From assembly GCF_001194135.2 (NCBI RefSeq), contig NC_068983.1:150456517-150511101 (forward strand): a stretch of DNA of 54,585 nt, written 5' to 3'. The position numbers and the translations under genes are program-made. The notes under the pieces are model-generated. The model was not told the origin of the DNA and did not search any database. It saw only the letters and a list, made by a program, of their open reading frames with translations. Numbering within the stretch: position 1 is the first letter of the stretch; each line of letters begins with the position of its first letter. This document shows positions 52,877 through 54,585 of the stretch, piece after piece. Source of the DNA: Octopus bimaculoides (Eukaryota).

Positions 52877-52878
<2 letters not shown>
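52670..52878 (-). mobile_element. Nin-type SINE whose head abuts (AAT)n at 52879-52947
   Basis: Reverse complement of the 50124-50310 copy type. Confidence 0.8.
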
Positions 52879-52948
<70 letters not shown>

Positions 52949-52950
52949 GT

Positions 52951-53134
52951 AATAAGGCAAATAGACCAGATATAGTTGTCAAAGATCATGAAGAAAAAAA
53001 ATGCTTTCTAATTGATGTATCAATACCAGCAGATGACAACATTTCTCTAAAAGAAATGGAAAAACTTTCAAAATACAAAGACCTGGAAATAGAGGTAACT
53101 CGAATGTGGAATCTAAAAACAGAAACAATTCCTA
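52951..53134 (+). mobile_element. Dong/R4-clade non-LTR retrotransposon, restriction-like endonuclease fragment
   Basis: ANRPDIVVKDHEEKKCFLIDVSIPADDNISLKEMEKLSKYKDLEIEVTRMWNLKTETIP (RPD..D..KY motif), starting right after (AAT)n. Confidence 0.88.
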
Positions 53135-53540
53135 NNNNNNNNNNNNNNNNNNNNNNNNNNNNNNNNNNNNNNNNNNNNNNNNNNNNNNNNNNNNNNNNNN
53201 NNNNNNNNNNNNNNNNNNNNNNNNNNNNNNNNNNNNNNNNNNNNNNNNNNNNNNNNNNNNNNNNNNNNNNNNNNNNNNNNNNNNNNNNNNNNNNNNNNNN
53301 NNNNNNNNNNNNNNNNNNNNNNNNNNNNNNNNNNNNNNNNNNNNNNNNNNNNNNNNNNNNNNNNNNNNNNNNNNNNNNNNNNNNNNNNNNNNNNNNNNNN
53401 NNNNNNNNNNNNNNNNNNNNNNNNNNNNNNNNNNNNNNNNNNNNNNNNNNNNNNNNNNNNNNNNNNNNNNNNNNNNNNNNNNNNNNNNNNNNNNNNNNNN
53501 NNNNNNNNNNNNNNNNNNNNNNNNNNNNNNNNNNNNNNNN

Positions 53541-54008
53541 AAAACTCCCAATAGGGGGAGGCGCTTCGAAAGGTTACACGTGAAAAAACCCATAAAAGCC
53601 ACAGGAGCCTGGTCAGAAAATAAGAAAGGGGTATAGAGCCCTTTCTCCTTTTACATTACCTTTTTCTTTTTACAGGTGTATTCTCAGAATTGGTCTGTTC
53701 ATACTGGCCATTCTTCCAACAGTCACCCATCTTTCAACAAATTTGCTATGAGACAGCACTTCCCTCTCTACTCTCATCTTCCATTTCAAGTGGAACTTGA
53801 AAAAATTGATGAGCCCTTGGCCAAAGAGGAAAGTGTCTGACATTAGCCCTTTCAAACGGGTCCACCATACCACCTCTTTCGCTACAGCCACTAGACATAG
53901 GAAAATTGCCTTACCCTCCCGGTTAAAGGAGGTCGGCGGGTCAATCATCACAATGGATTCAGCTGATAGCCGGATCTGTCCTACATGTGGCAGTAGCTGT
54001 TCGACCTG
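53541..54008 (-). mobile_element. Tx1/L1-clade LINE ORF2 C-terminus and 3' UTR
   Basis: QVEQLLPHVGQIRLSAESIV...FLCLVAVAKEVVWWTRLKGL..TFLFGQGLINFFKFHLKWKMRVER...RWV, typical of Tx1-like ORF2 ends. Confidence 0.75.
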
Positions 54009-54016
54009 AATAGTAA

Positions 54017-54388
54017 TAATACAAATAATAATAATAACTGCATGCCCCTTTGACCCACGAATAGTCAAGAAGGAGGATGAAAAGATAGATAGCTACAACC
54101 CTCTTAAGTACGAAATAACCGGGATAAGGAAAATGAAGAAGGTGAAGGTAGTGCCAATTATTGCTGGGTCCTTGGGAACAGTGTCAAAAGGCATCAAGAA
54201 GAATATAAAGGAAATTGGAATAGAGTAGAACTGTTACAAAAGGTTTGCCTCCTTGGCATGGCCAGAATAATCAGGACAGTAATAGATAACGGAAAAGAAT
54301 GAATAGCATGGTACCGTAGCCTGCAGGTAGTAAGCCCGTTATGCATGCAAAACTCTAGGAGCTTCAACAAAACCTGTGATAAAGAGTA

Positions 54389-54389
<1 letters not shown>
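54017..54389 (+). mobile_element. Second, diverged Dong/R4 3' fragment with UTR, followed by (AAT)n at 54389-54483
   Basis: ACPFDPRIVKKEDEKIDSYNPLKYEI...VKVVPIIAGSLGTV...LLQKVCLLGMARIIRTV. Confidence 0.82.
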
Positions 54390-54451
<62 letters not shown>

Positions 54452-54585
54452 CATAATGATAATAATGATAATAATAATAATAAACAAATACAAACAAATA
54501 AACCAAAAAACTGCTGCAAGTTTGTACTCTTAGTGAAATAAAATTCTTGCTTCTGCCGATGTTAAAAATTACTATCACATTTGTA

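Overview
AT-rich, repeat-dense eukaryotic DNA from a gapped draft scaffold with 9 N-gaps, 5 of them directly after (TA)n. The SINE/LINE families and microsatellite load look like an octopus genome; that is my recognition of the repeats, not a database result. Almost all long ORFs in the supplied track are artefacts of N-gaps, microsatellites, a 32-bp minisatellite, or antisense reading of retroelements. The only host coding sequence I can support is two phase-compatible minus-strand exons (1654-1750 and 445-520) of a gene I cannot identify, plus a CpG-retaining candidate promoter/first exon near 22.5-23.8 kb. The rest is transposons: RTE LINE pieces (one with an open 5' endonuclease frame running off the left edge), decayed CR1/L2-like, Tx1/L1, Dong/R4 and Penelope-like fragments, at least four SINE-like families, and several MITEs with visible TIRs and TSDs. 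I cannot establish a new biological system. The best leads are: a possible in-frame splice of the host gene into the RTE endonuclease, strand-opposite use of one (AAT)n tract by Dong/R4 and a SINE, an RTE with twin-priming-like geometry, TTAGGG-carrying GG-ended MITEs, and a decayed hammerhead-like motif. Repeat boundaries are approximate unless TIR/TSD positions are given.
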